Origin: Glycera tridactyla | Taxonomy: Eukaryota | Reading direction: 5' to 3' | Length of the DNA stretch: 64,000 bases | Assembly: GCA_965644265.1 (NCBI GenBank) | Contig: OZ286464.1 | Span: forward strand, 33,232,001-33,296,000 | Shown here: positions 51,901 to 64,000 of the stretch, piece by piece | Layout: each line of letters starts with the position of its first letter | How positions within the stretch are numbered: the first letter of the stretch is position 1 | Notes under the pieces: model-generated | Told to the model about the DNA's origin: nothing | What the model saw: the letters and a program-made list of their open reading frames with translations, nothing else | Databases searched by the model: none | Program-made: the position numbers and the translations under genes

Positions 51901-53667
51901 CACTTGACACGAAAACAAGATGGGTTCTGGTTTTAATTACTTCAATTTCCCAAGTAGTCATATTCCCAGATCGTTTGACATCTTACCAAATACAAGCGTT
52001 TGTATAGATAATACCATGACAGTGAAATGTGTCTGGCCCTGCTCAAATGAGAGTATATGTGTCAAAAACAGATAATATTATGCGATAGCACACCAACGGC
52101 GTATGTCTAAGTATAGGTGTTTGTTTCCACGGTAGGGTTCGCACGAGTGTATAAATGCATGATTGTGCGTGTGAGTGTGAGGATGCGCATGTGTATGTGA
52201 GTCAGTGCTCGAACGATTTTGCGTGTGTGTGAGTGCATGTGTGTGTATACGTGGGGGTATGTGCTTGTAAAGCATATACTTGGCTTTGTGTCGGCTTATC
52301 TTTCATATATTCATTTCTCAATATGACTGAAAATTGTATTAAGTTGAAATGATATTCAGATTCGAGACGAGAATCAAGTATAACCGAGAATAAGATATTT
52401 TCGGATTAATCATATTGGGGTGACAAGTGCCACCCGACCCATTATCCAATAAGCACAATAAGGGGAGGGATTAGTCCGGATATATAAGAGCGTGCAAGAC
52501 GGCGGCACAGCGAGGTTGCATCGGTGTGCCCCAGTCTTACCACACAAAAGGAGTGGGCTCAAAAGAGTCCTTCTCTGGCTTCCTCCATCATGCGAAGAGT
52601 GTTGCATGTGTTTCGATATAGACTTTCGTTGAACACGTGATTTTGATAATTTCGTCATTTCATCGTGGGTCAGTTGCCATAGTCTGGAAGATTCCTACCT
52701 CTCACAATCCCCGTGGTCACAGGATATTCCGTTGAAGGTTATTACAGAGTGAGTTGTTTGTTCGAATGGATGAGGATAGAAATTCAGTGGTCCGCTGAGG
52801 GCCACGATACCAAATATCGACAAACCAATTCTTAATGTCAAAGCAAAGCTAGTCCAAATGCGAACTGAGGTAGCGTTGACGACTCCATTGCTGGTGGATA
52901 GTTACCAGATTTTTTACGGGTACCACCGCTCGTAGGTGTAACTAGGCATGTATGCCGAAAAAAGGATGCCTGGTGAGTGTGAGAGAAAAAAAATTGAATT
53001 TCCACATTCATCCAGTCCAACAGCTGCTCACTGTGTCAAACTGGCCAGGATTTCTTATTCTCAAAAGCCAATCATTAAACATGTCGATTTCATCATGAAT
53101 CACTAAATCATACAATCAAATGCCTTAATGCCTCCCAAAATTGAAATGCTTCAACGTATACTCATAATGCACAATGAAACATCAGTTCAAAATGAACAGA
53201 AAAAAGTAGAGAGTATTCATATCATCAGCTGTATCAAACCTGCAGGGGAGCCAACATCAATCATGAGCTGGCCAGAAATTTCTAGAAGTAGGAGCCATTT
53301 CCATGGAAGATAGACTTATAAAAAGATATCCAATTAATCTATGCAGAGCAGACAGTCTTTCACAACAACCATACAAGATTTTATGGAAATCGGAGCAGTT
53401 TATCACCTTCAATGAGCTACCCAAAAAAACTATGAAAATTTGTTTCATTTTTTGTCATCTAAACTGCAGCCCCAGATGAGAGTGGTAAGGAGAAGGATGC
53501 CCGCAAGGCAGGCATCCTTAAAAATAGAATATTATGGATACATATTAGGTAGTATTCCATCCCAGAAATCTGCTTCGGCGTGTCGGGCTCAGTGACATCT
53601 AGCGCTTGGCAATTGTGGTTACAAAAGGTTTCGGCTGTTGTTGGTCGTGTTGCTATTTTTGTGCTGA

Positions 53668-53960
53668 TTGATTGCTTGATTGACGTTTAACGGCATGCGT
53701 CGACCCAGATGATTAATTATGTATGCCATGAGTCTCTGGTCAAATAAGGCTAGATGCTGTGTCCCCTGCAGGCATAACTTACACAAAATCTGAACCCGAG
53801 ATGATTGTTACCTGAATAGTTGTCAAGTGGAAGTCCCCGACACCAGACACACGTCTACCGTTTCAACATAAACATAATAAACCCATTAATGTCATATCTA
53901 ACTATGTAACTAGCTGGAAGCTGACACTCAAGCCTTATGACAATGCTTTCTTTTAGCTGA
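53668..53960 (-). mobile_element. SINE-like repeat family B copy
   Basis: Minus strand ends GCCGTTAAACGTCAATCAAGCAATC; colinear with 40010-40290. Confidence 0.6.
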
Positions 53961-54059
53961 GCGCAGCACATGAAACAAGGAGAAACATTAGGTTTGGAGA
54001 ATACTCTACCAATGTGTTGAATTACGAACCGCCATCTTCAAACCTTCTGTGCTGATGTT

Positions 54060-54485
54060 GTTGGTGATGTTCCATTCTCGTCTCGCTGTTGCTGTTGATT
54101 GGTCATAGTGGGGATGAAAGTGGGAATGAAAGTGGTTGTGATGGTGATACCAGGTGGTGGTGGTGGCGGTGGTGGTGGCAGGTGTTGGTGTTGATGATGA
54201 CATTGCTGGTGGTTTGGTTTGGTGGTGGTGATGGTTATGTTGATGGCGATGGTGTTGGTGGCATTGATGGTCTTGATAGTTTCGATTTTGTCGTCATATT
54301 TATCACTATAGCTTTTAATTGGTGATAGTGATGTCCAGATGTAGGTGTTGATGGATGTCAGAGATGGTGATGATGTTGTTGTTGTTAATGGTGGCAGTGG
54401 AGGTGTCCGTGACGATGGTGGTGGCCGTAGTCGTGGTTGGTTCAGTGACGGTGGCAGCGGCGGCGATGGTGGTGATAATGATGCT
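54060..54485. repeat. (GGT/GAT)n low-complexity tract
   Basis: Direct reading. Confidence 0.75.
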
Positions 54486-54679
54486 GAGGATTCGATATAA
54501 AGCCTGTTGTAAATGCGAAGCGCATATGAAGAAAATGAGGTAAAGGGACAGTCAGCAGCATAGAACAACCCTTCAGCATTTTGAAATCCGTGCCATCGTT
54601 TGAAGATGATCCTTGAATAAATGACATGATCAAGTGGGCCATTTCTATCAGTAACATCCATTCAACAAGAGAGTGAATT

Positions 54680-54912
54680 ATACTAATAGATCATAGGTTT
54701 ATTATGTATATGTTCAGATTAGGTAGAGGTGTGTTTGAACTGTCAGCTACTTCCACTTGACAACCTTTCAGGTTCCCCATCATCTTGTGTTCAGGGTCTG
54801 TGAGATTGATGTCTGCAGGGGAGAGAACATCTAGCTTTCATTAACCAGTAACACACGGCATGAATAATCCTGTGGGTTGATACGTGCCGTTAAACCTCAA
54901 ACAAACAAACAA
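54680..54912 (+). mobile_element. SINE-like repeat family B copy
   Basis: Ends GCCGTTAAACCTCAAACAAACAAACAAA, a simple-repeat tail typical of LINE-mobilised elements. Confidence 0.7.
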
Positions 54913-55353
54913 AACTATACTAATAGGGCCTTGGATGTAGAGCTCGGTGAGGAATGATTCGCATCAGTAGAATATAGGCGGGAGTCCGGACGAATGAAAC
55001 CAGATCCGGTACCGATGCTGGACACGGGAGACTGACTACCTACCGTGGTTCAGCTTCCTTAATTGTGCTGGCAATGAATTTATTGCATTAAGTAGATTAT
55101 CTTATTACAGACTACATCATACCTTCCATTTAGACGTAACGCCCGGCTAGTGACGCACTGCATATTGGTAATCTGGCAGATTGGCTTGTGTGCTGGGCGG
55201 GCGAATATGCATGTTGATATGTGGTTATGTGGGCGCGGAGGCGTGTGTGTGCTTCCCTCTGAAACTGCCTGCGTGACCATAATGCATTCATCAACCATAC
55301 AGACTAACGAGAAACGCTAGCAAAAGTTTTCACTCACCTCACATAATAGATAT

Positions 55354-55508
55354 GTAAATATAGTGGTTTACAGTCTGGTATCCTTAGCAAGTTCACCCGA
55401 CTTTATAAATATATTCCTCGGCAGGCCTGCTCAAGCTTGCGTCTTTCTCATATCCCTGGGGAGTATACAGCCACAGACACAGAATTAACTGCATGGGCTG
55501 AGCACTTA
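55354..55508 (-). mobile_element. SINE-like repeat family A copy
   Basis: Reverse complement aligns to 51456-51611 (GCAGTTAATTCTGTGTC, GGGTGAACTTGCTAAGGATACCAGACT). Confidence 0.65.
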
Positions 55509-56517
55509 CATCATGCAATAGTACTACATATATACTTTATTCCACATTTAATTTGTATTTGTTGCTCTTTTGATGATTCACATTTATGACCAATTAGATT
55601 TGGACCCACCCCATGTACTTGAGTTATTTGTCCTAAAAGCACAATCACTTCGAACAAATATTGAATTACCACTAATATGCCGGTTTTCAGTACTGACATA
55701 TGTTGTCCACCTTGCTAGTGCATGTATCCAGTTCTCAATTTCCGATCAATTTAACTTTCTATCGATCATAATATAACAGGTACAGTACCATCAAATCCGG
55801 AATGCGAAAGATCATCAATACTTGTAGGAATAATTGTATTTGCCATCACGGTGTAGGAATTCTGAAGTTGTGATGTGTTTTATAAGGCGATGGACAGCCG
55901 TGGTGGTCACAGACCGACTCATATGCCAGGCTCGACATTTCCTGGATAATGACTGGCTCTTACGTAGTACATAATCGATTCATTCAGGCAGCCATCGACT
56001 TCACTTATACGTCTGATTCAGTAATCACATTCCAACAGCTGTCATCCGGGAAATGTTGGTTTCCCTCACAGTTTCGTATCTGACTGTCTTGCAGACAAAC
56101 TGCGCCTCTATTTGGTCGGTTTGTGCTCATATTGCAGTGAAAATAGGCATGTGATATATCGTCCGATATATGGAACTGCTTGTTCATTTCGACTACTAAT
56201 GTCCAGAAGCAGTGCTGGAACCATATTTCATGTAGCAAATCTAGCTAAAGCAGCTATTCCATTTCCAGCCAAATTGGTCTTGCTTCAGCTAAAGACATTG
56301 TGGGATGGTTTGATTCCATCATCACCGTGTTTCCAAAGCGGTGCATTGAGTTCCGAAAATCTCTGTATTCCACACACATTGCATGACTACATAAAGTATA
56401 TGGAAAGATGTAGTGGCCACTCTCATCTGCTTCAGCCTGATTTCTTTTCGCCAGTCTGATAAATGAGCTATCACGTGTCGGCACTAGGGAAATCAAATGA
56501 AGTGAAGTCTTGTGTTG

Positions 56518-57821
56518 ACGTATTCAGCAGGTGATGGGGAGAAAACAAGCTCATAGGTCACTATGTAGCTGGACACACGTATTCAGCAGGTGATGGGAAG
56601 AAAACAAGCTGCTCATAGTTCACTATGTAGCTGGAAACACGTATCCAGCAGGTGATGGGAAGATAACAAGCTGCTCATAGTTCACTATGTAGCTGGACAC
56701 ACGTATTCAGCAGGTGATGGGAAGAAAACAAGCTGCTCATAGTTCACTATGTAGCTGGACACACATATCCAGCAGGTGATGAGAAGAAAACGAGGTGCTC
56801 ATAGGTCACTACGTAGCTGGACACACGTATTTAGCAGGTGATGGGAAAAAACAAGCTGCTCAAAGTTCACTATGTAGCTGGACACACGTATTCAGCAGGT
56901 GATGGGAAGAAAACAAGCTGTTCATAGTTCACTATGTAGCTGGACACACGTATCCAGCAGGTGATGGAAGGAAAACGAGCTCATAGTTCACTGTGTAGCT
57001 GGACACACGTATTCAGCAGGTGATGGGAAGATAACAAGCTGCTCATAGTTCACTATATAGCTGGACACACGTATTCAGCAGGTACTAGGAAGAAAACAAG
57101 CTGCTCATAGTTCACTATGTAGCTGAACACACGTATCCAGCAGGTGATGAGAAGAAAACGAGCTGCTCACAGTTCACTATGTAGCTGGACACACGTATTC
57201 AGCAGGTGATGGGAAGAAAACAAGCTGTTCATAGTTCACTGTGTAGCTGGACACACGTATTCAGCAGGTGATAGGAAGAAAACAAGCTGTTCATAGTTCA
57301 CTGTGTAGCTGGACACACGTATTCAGCAGGTGATGGGAAGAAAACAAGCTGTTCATAGTTCACTATGTAGCTTGAAACACGTATTCAGCAGGTGATGAGA
57401 AGAAAACCAGCTGCTCATAGTTCACTATGTAGCTGGACACACGTATTCAGCAGGTGATGGGAGGAAAACAAGCTGCTCATAGTTCACTATGTAGCTGGAC
57501 ACACGTATTCACGTATTCAGCAGGTGATGGGAAGAAAACAAGCTGCTCATAGTTCACTATATAGCTGGACACACGTATTTAGCAGGTGATGGGAGGAAAA
57601 CAAGCTGCTCATAGTTCACTATGTAGCTGGACACACGTATTCACGTATTCAGCAGGTGATGGGAAGAAAACAAGCTGCTCATAGGTCACTATGTAGCTGG
57701 ACACACGTATTCAGCAGGTGATGGGAAGAAAACAAGCTGCTCATAGTTCACTATGTAGCTGGACACACGTATTCACGTATTCAGCAGGTGATGGGAAGAA
57801 AACAAGCTGCTCATAGTTCAC
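56518..57821. repeat. 62-bp minisatellite, ~21 units
   Basis: Unit GTATTCAGCAGGTGATGGGAAGAAAACAAGCTGCTCATAGTTCACTATGTAGCTGGACACAC; 59- and 70-bp variants. Confidence 0.95.
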
Positions 57822-60446
57822 ATATTGCATAATCTTTCTGAGCTTTCTAAGTAGTTTGATGTGTCAATCAAGCCTGATTAGGAAGTTCATCATCGTGCAT
57901 TTGGAGCAACCTTTCAGGTCTCGTGATCTCCTATGGCAGGATCACTAAGTAAATGATCTAGTCTATTTGTTATCCATGCATTCTCTTGCTTTTATGCCAC
58001 AGATGGATGATGGATGGGTAGATATGCTGACCCTTCTTTGACCGCGTGGAGATCGAGTATCATCACTGATGACCTGCATTCGAATAAACCTAGTGCCTAT
58101 TAAGCAATTAGTCCACTGCGCGCCTCGGTACTTTTGTTCTTTTTGTCCTACATATATCAGGCAGTGTGAATCTGTGCTACTGTGTCCTATATTTCCTAGA
58201 TAGGAAGAAGTCTACGATGGCAACGACAAGAGACATACAACATAAATATAGTGAGTGGTTCTCCGCTGAATCTAACAAATCCGGTGACAATTGCTATGCA
58301 GAGCTTCTCACCAGCAGCAGGCCACACCATGCATACATTCATGCGGGAGATTTGAGGATGTAGGGTAAACGGTGCTTTGGGGTGATATATGCATGCATCT
58401 AACTCACTCTTCTCAATCCAACAACGCGGCCAACCCCTGGTGATACATTCAGCAAATAAGAAATGTTGCGGAGGTCCTGCTTTATTCAAGTACTATCGAA
58501 GTATGACGTTTGCGAGGTACTAAACTCTGTCAAATCTGTTGAAGCCATTTTTCGTCTGATCTGTGTTTTAATTGCACGAATGTATTGCATAGATCTTTCG
58601 GCGATTATCGAATCTGGTCCAAAGTAGTCTGCATTCATTTGAGGGGATTACGCGACCATTTCATTGATTTTTTTTCGTCGAATATTTGTATATGAAGAAA
58701 TGGAGATACGGTCGCCGCACTTGCCGCGAAACCAGCATGAGATCGTCGGTTCTTCCAGAAAAAGTTTGAGCAGCAAATTATGTCCTCATTTCTCAAGCTT
58801 GAAATAGCTCATCACCATGAAGGGTAGATGTGCATGAGAAAAAAATCATTATGACTGATCCACACATTCCACAGTCATGTGCCCTTTAACTTGGCCATAT
58901 TCTTTTGAGATGGCAGATGATTGGTAAGGTTGGTGTCAATTTCAAAGCAGGTGGCTACTTCAAGAAAATCCAGATTATGTCAATTTCAAATTGTGTGTCT
59001 ATGTGTGTTGAGGGGAGGGGGGCATCTGTTATGTGCTCTTGAATCTGGCTTTTTGTATCTGTGTGTTTGGAATTTTTTGAGATAGCCAAAATTGACCAGG
59101 CAAATGACTCTGTTTGTATCTTGTGGGGCCTCTCTGAAACGCATAACGCTTGTCTAGAATTTCCTTCCAGTGTCACGTCAGACAGACACGGGTAGATGGG
59201 TGGACAGACGGACTGGCTGGCCGTTTTTCAACTGACATTTCAAAACAGCTTTGTTCGCATCTNNNNNNNNNNNNNNNNNNNNNNNNNNNNNNNNNNNNNN
59301 NNNNNNNNNNNNNNNNNNNNNNNNNNNNNNNNNNNNNNNNNNNNNNNNNNNNNNNNNNNNNNNNNNNNNNNNNNNNNNNNNNNNNNNNNNNNNNNNNNNN
59401 NNNNNNNNNNNNNNNNNATATCCTGGACTTGATCCCCGATAACATCTTTTATAAATGACGCATGAGATAGATAGATTGGTATGAGATAAGATGCAGACAT
59501 TAGTCTGCTACCGAACGACCCATGCTCGGGTGTCAGGGGACGCTGCTGGGTCGCCGGGAATACATTGTCTCATCCAAACAAAAACTCTGATGCGACGAGG
59601 AGCCATTTCCATGTAAAACAAGAAAGATGCCTCATTGACTCCACCAGCAGACAGCTTTGTGATTCAACGACTGCCCGCTTCTGGATGACGTACATTGTTA
59701 GCAACCGTAAATCGGCACGCCCATGTGGGATCGAGTAGAGTGAGAAAAAAATGGGTGCACACATTAAATTGCTTATTTCATTCGATTATCGTGCGGATAT
59801 GTACATGAAACACCACAGAATCAATGGGACACCCATGTCCAAATGTTTCTGTTGTTCGATGAGATTCATGAGATGATGAGACAATTTCAGGGCAGTTAGC
59901 AGATGGGAGGTTATCCCAGTTGTGATGTGGTCATCTTCACATCTACATTCAGGTTTAATGCCACGAATCAACATATGGCGAAAATCTAGAGAACCCCTTC
60001 AACACATGAGTCCTGTCCCATTGCAAGAGATGGTGCAATATGTAAAAAAGTTGGTCAGTGCCGATGGATATTCAAAACAGGTAATGACATAATATAAGGG
60101 TGGTTTCAACATTGTAACAGATGCTTGAGAATTTGCAATATGATTGTCATCTTGGGGCGTAACAGGAACCGGAGGGCGAATGGCGGGCTCGAAGGGGACA
60201 TTTATCGGGCTCGGACACAATTCGCTGATACGCATCTATGCAGCCTGAATTCTAACCCCTTGCCCACCGTCACAAGTTGTTTACCTATATCTCTCCAAAC
60301 TTTCTTCTCTTTCCAACACTCCTTATCAAGTTGCACTTAGAAGTGGTATACATTCTCCATCCATCTAGCCTTCTGAATAAATCAGGTCACCAAGAGCCAT
60401 AAGGTGATTGTCGAGTATACATAGTACTGTGCACACATGACATATA

Positions 60447-60619
60447 AAGTCGAACCTCTCTATAAAGATCGCATTCGGTCGCATAATAAAGTCGCCTTTA
60501 TAGGAAAGTGCTCTCTATAGAGAGGCCATCTACTGTTGAATATACTACCACGTTCAGGGTGGCCTTTATAGTGAGGTGATTTTTTTATAGAGAGGTGGTC
60601 TTTAGATGAGGTTCGACTG
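60447..60619. mobile_element. Tc1/pogo-type MITE, 173 bp
   Basis: TA|AAGTCGAACCTC...GAGGTTCGACTG|TA. Confidence 0.8.
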
Positions 60620-61824
60620 TAATCCACTTTCTCCATATAAAATAGCGTAGATAGACCTCATATCTATTGATGTCATGATTGCTCATCCCCGCAGACATTG
60701 GGGACATCGATCGAATAAGAAGCATTTATTACAAAAATTCGATGAAGGTAGACTACGCACGCTCTCTTCCATCAAGTCATTATATATTTCCAGGGGGTGG
60801 GGCGGACCTGGTGGGATTCTGCCTTCATGGAAATTCAGTCCAACACATTACGATGATCTATATCAGGCATTCGCCCTAGGGATGGCTAGGCACAAGAAGA
60901 TTTTCCGTTCAGTATTCCAATCATTTTCAACAACACCATCTCATTTCATTCTGGATCCCAGTAGGCCTGCTCTAAGATGCTTTGCTTTCCGAGAAAGCTT
61001 GGTAAACGGGTGCAATCACTCTTATATTCCGTCACTCAGATTGGAATGGCATCTGGCTAGACCATGCATTGTCTTCAGGGTGACGCTGGCCTTGCACAAT
61101 GAAGTCAAGAGAATTCTCCTGCGTAACATTTTACGAAAACAAATTCAGAACAAAACATGGTCGATGTCGATTGACGACCCACGATCTCCAAATTCTCTCG
61201 GCCACGTTCGGTTATCTCGCAATAATCTACGATCCGATGTTTACCTTGTAAATATGTATTCCCATGATCTTATGCAATAATAAGTCTCTTATCTTATCTT
61301 ATCTTATCTCATCTTACCTGAAGATTTTGTTAATGGATGTGTAATGTCAACAACCCCTGAAGTTTGTGACGTCATCAGTTTTGCAGATGAAGCAGAGGTT
61401 GAGAGGTGTCGATTGTTCTCGCCGCTCCCGCATTCGCAGGGTCAACGGGAGGACCACATTCGTGTAGGACCATAGGCTTATTACAATGAGGATTAGTCTT
61501 GGGATAAAAGCAAGAACTCACGGTAGTGGGGGATAGGCTCGTTATCCCTCTCCCGGTCTGTATCGGGAGCCCCTGATACACACCAAGAGAATAACACATC
61601 TTCCACTGCCATGGGTTCTCGTTATATCATTTTGCTCCTGTCCATTCCCTATTTTGATTATATCAGTGTGACATGTCCAGGGTCGTCATGGGCAACACTG
61701 CGACGGGTGGTTACAACAGAGAATACCAGCCTGGCACAGGTGGGCTGCCTCGGCGATAATTGCCTATTTACTTCTAAAGTGTCCGAAATCACGGGATGGA
61801 CTACTGTCTGTGTATTTGAGTGCG

Positions 61825-62035
61825 TCGTCGTTATCGTTATGATGATGGACCATCACCAACACCAGCATCACCAACACCATCACTACCACCACCACCACCA
61901 CCACCACCACCACCACCACCACCGCCGCCACAACCAATACCAACTCAACCACCACCGACACCAGCACCATCGCCTCCAATACTAAAACCGCCACCACCAC
62001 CACTATCGCGAATATCACCACCACCACCAGCGTCT
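61825..62035. repeat. (ACC)n-rich tract
   Basis: Direct reading. Confidence 0.85.
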
Positions 62036-63269
62036 GGGACTTGCATGCTGAGGTCCTGCCCCGTTTAAACAATCTATCAATCTCATGACCGGAGAGAACT
62101 GCCCAGCTATATGTTTTCATTGACATCAGACTATGGATGAATAAGTGCGGAGCTACATAGTATTTCGATTTATAAGATGGTCATTAATCCCATGGCCAGA
62201 CCGGTAGAGGCATTTGCCATATCCACGTGCACATATGCTTCGGACATTCCGTATAAGAGTAGGATAAACTATTACAAATCAGAATCAGATATTTAGTGAG
62301 GGGATACACCCGAATACACAGCTCCTAGGTGATGAGTGAAGTCAGTCAGGGATGCTTAAACGGATGCGATCCATCCCGGATCGATGCAACCATGATGAAT
62401 GCTGGCTCCTCGTCATCACCTGTGATGCTTCCACATCCTCTTTCATCTAACCATCAATTATTCTGCATCGTTGCTGTAGTGTAGAGTATATTTTAGTAGC
62501 ATATATTATACCAAAAGTGAAGAATTCCTAGTTCCATTATGATGGGACGAATGATTCGATTTAGTGCTTCGAAACATGCGTTGGGTTATTCAACCCATTC
62601 CATGCCCTCAATATTTCCCAACATGAAGTATTACCACATTTCTAGGTGCCATATGGTTGACCCAATCTTCGAATGACTGCTGCAGCTGGTCGTGGAGATC
62701 TGAAATCAATGGTCCCAGGTTAGCAGTGACACTATTACAAACCAGCGACAAGTACACCCCTTATCAATAAACACACATACAAACTGACACACGTTCAAGC
62801 ACAAAACAACAGGGCTGATACTCCTACAGACCAAGATGAGAAATATCACCTTGAACAAAGCTGATAACAGCACTTGGACGATCAGACATACACCAAATGG
62901 ACTTTTTACACCAAGATATGTTGAGGAGCATCACATCAGAGATTCATTTGGAATCCCCGAGTAAATCAGCGACCTGTGGCTGTTATATCCCTACACCCAC
63001 ATTAGCATACTGATGAATTTATAATGTTGTCACATCATCGATCACGACAACTGCTGAAATTCAGCAACTATTCGAACAGGAATCCTCTAACACCGCCGCT
63101 ACATCATGAACACTTCATGAACCTTCACGTTGGCTTCAAAATCACACTTGTTGCTTTATACAATTATGAAGGTGATTGTTAATAGACGACCGTACTTTCT
63201 GAATATGTGGAATTGAATGGGATCGAAAGCGATTACTTCGTATCCCTCACAATGCAATTGCCTCATGTG

Positions 63270-64000
63270 TGACATAGTCGAAATCTGTCACGAGGCAGGT
63301 GACTCTCCTGAATATGTCGTATCTAGGAACACATGCAGACATCATGGAGACTGTCCCGAGGCAGGTGAATATCCAGAATATTTGTTATCTAGGAGCACAT
63401 GCAGACATCATGGAGACTGTCCCGAGGCAGGTGAATATCCAGAATATTTGTTATCTAGGAGCACATGCAGACATCATGGAGACTGTCTCGAGGCAGGTGA
63501 ATCCCCTGAATACTTGATATCTTGGAACACATGCAGACATTATGGAGACTGTCACAAGGCAGAGGAATCTCCTGAATACTTGATATCTAGGAACACATGC
63601 AGACATCATGGAGACTGTCCCGAGGCAGGTGAATATCCAGAATATTTGTTATCTAGGAGCACATGCAGACATCATGGAGACTGTCTCGAGGCAGGTGAAT
63701 CCCCTGAATACTTGATATCTTGGAACACATGCAGACATTATGGAGACTGTCACAAGGCAGAGGAATCTCCTGAATACTTGATATCTAGGAACACATGAAG
63801 ACATTATGGAGACTGTACCAAGGCAGGGAAATCTTCAGAATACTTGATATCTAGGAACACATGCAGACATTATGGAGACTGTCTCGAGGCAGGGGAATCT
63901 CCTGAATACTTGATATCTAGGAACACATGCAGACATTATGGAGACTGTCCCGAGGCAGGGGAATCTCCTGAATACTTGATATCTAGGTACACATGCAGAC
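63270..64000 (+). repeat. 66-bp minisatellite, ~11 units, runs off window; one reading frame nearly open
   Basis: GGAGACTGT at 63346, 63412 and onward; reads as HHGDCPEAGEYPEYLLSRSTCR with one TGA at 63796. Confidence 0.9.

Overview
Eukaryotic, repeat-rich genomic DNA from a gapped assembly (9 N-runs). The microsatellite, SINE and MITE content suggests an invertebrate, possibly a mollusc (inference). No host gene can be supported. The dominant structure is a nested transposon complex at 14438-31556: a minus-strand Ty3/Gypsy LTR retrotransposon bounded by a 4-bp AGAG target-site duplication, with an apparently 5,139-bp 3' LTR. Its 5' LTR is interrupted by a truncated Academ-like DNA transposon (3-bp CTA duplication) and joined directly to pol by a deletion that removed half the LTR, the PBS and gag. 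Its RNase H is split by a 774-bp insertion with no target duplication. The LTR contains a 17-bp long-range inverted complement, a competing local hairpin and a reiterated CTAAGT motif. The flanks carry decayed LINE fragments (L2/CR1-like, RTE-like), TA-flanked MITEs, two SINE-like families, a fold-back 11-bp array, 62-, 65- and 66-bp minisatellites and many microsatellites. All alignments and counts were made by eye.
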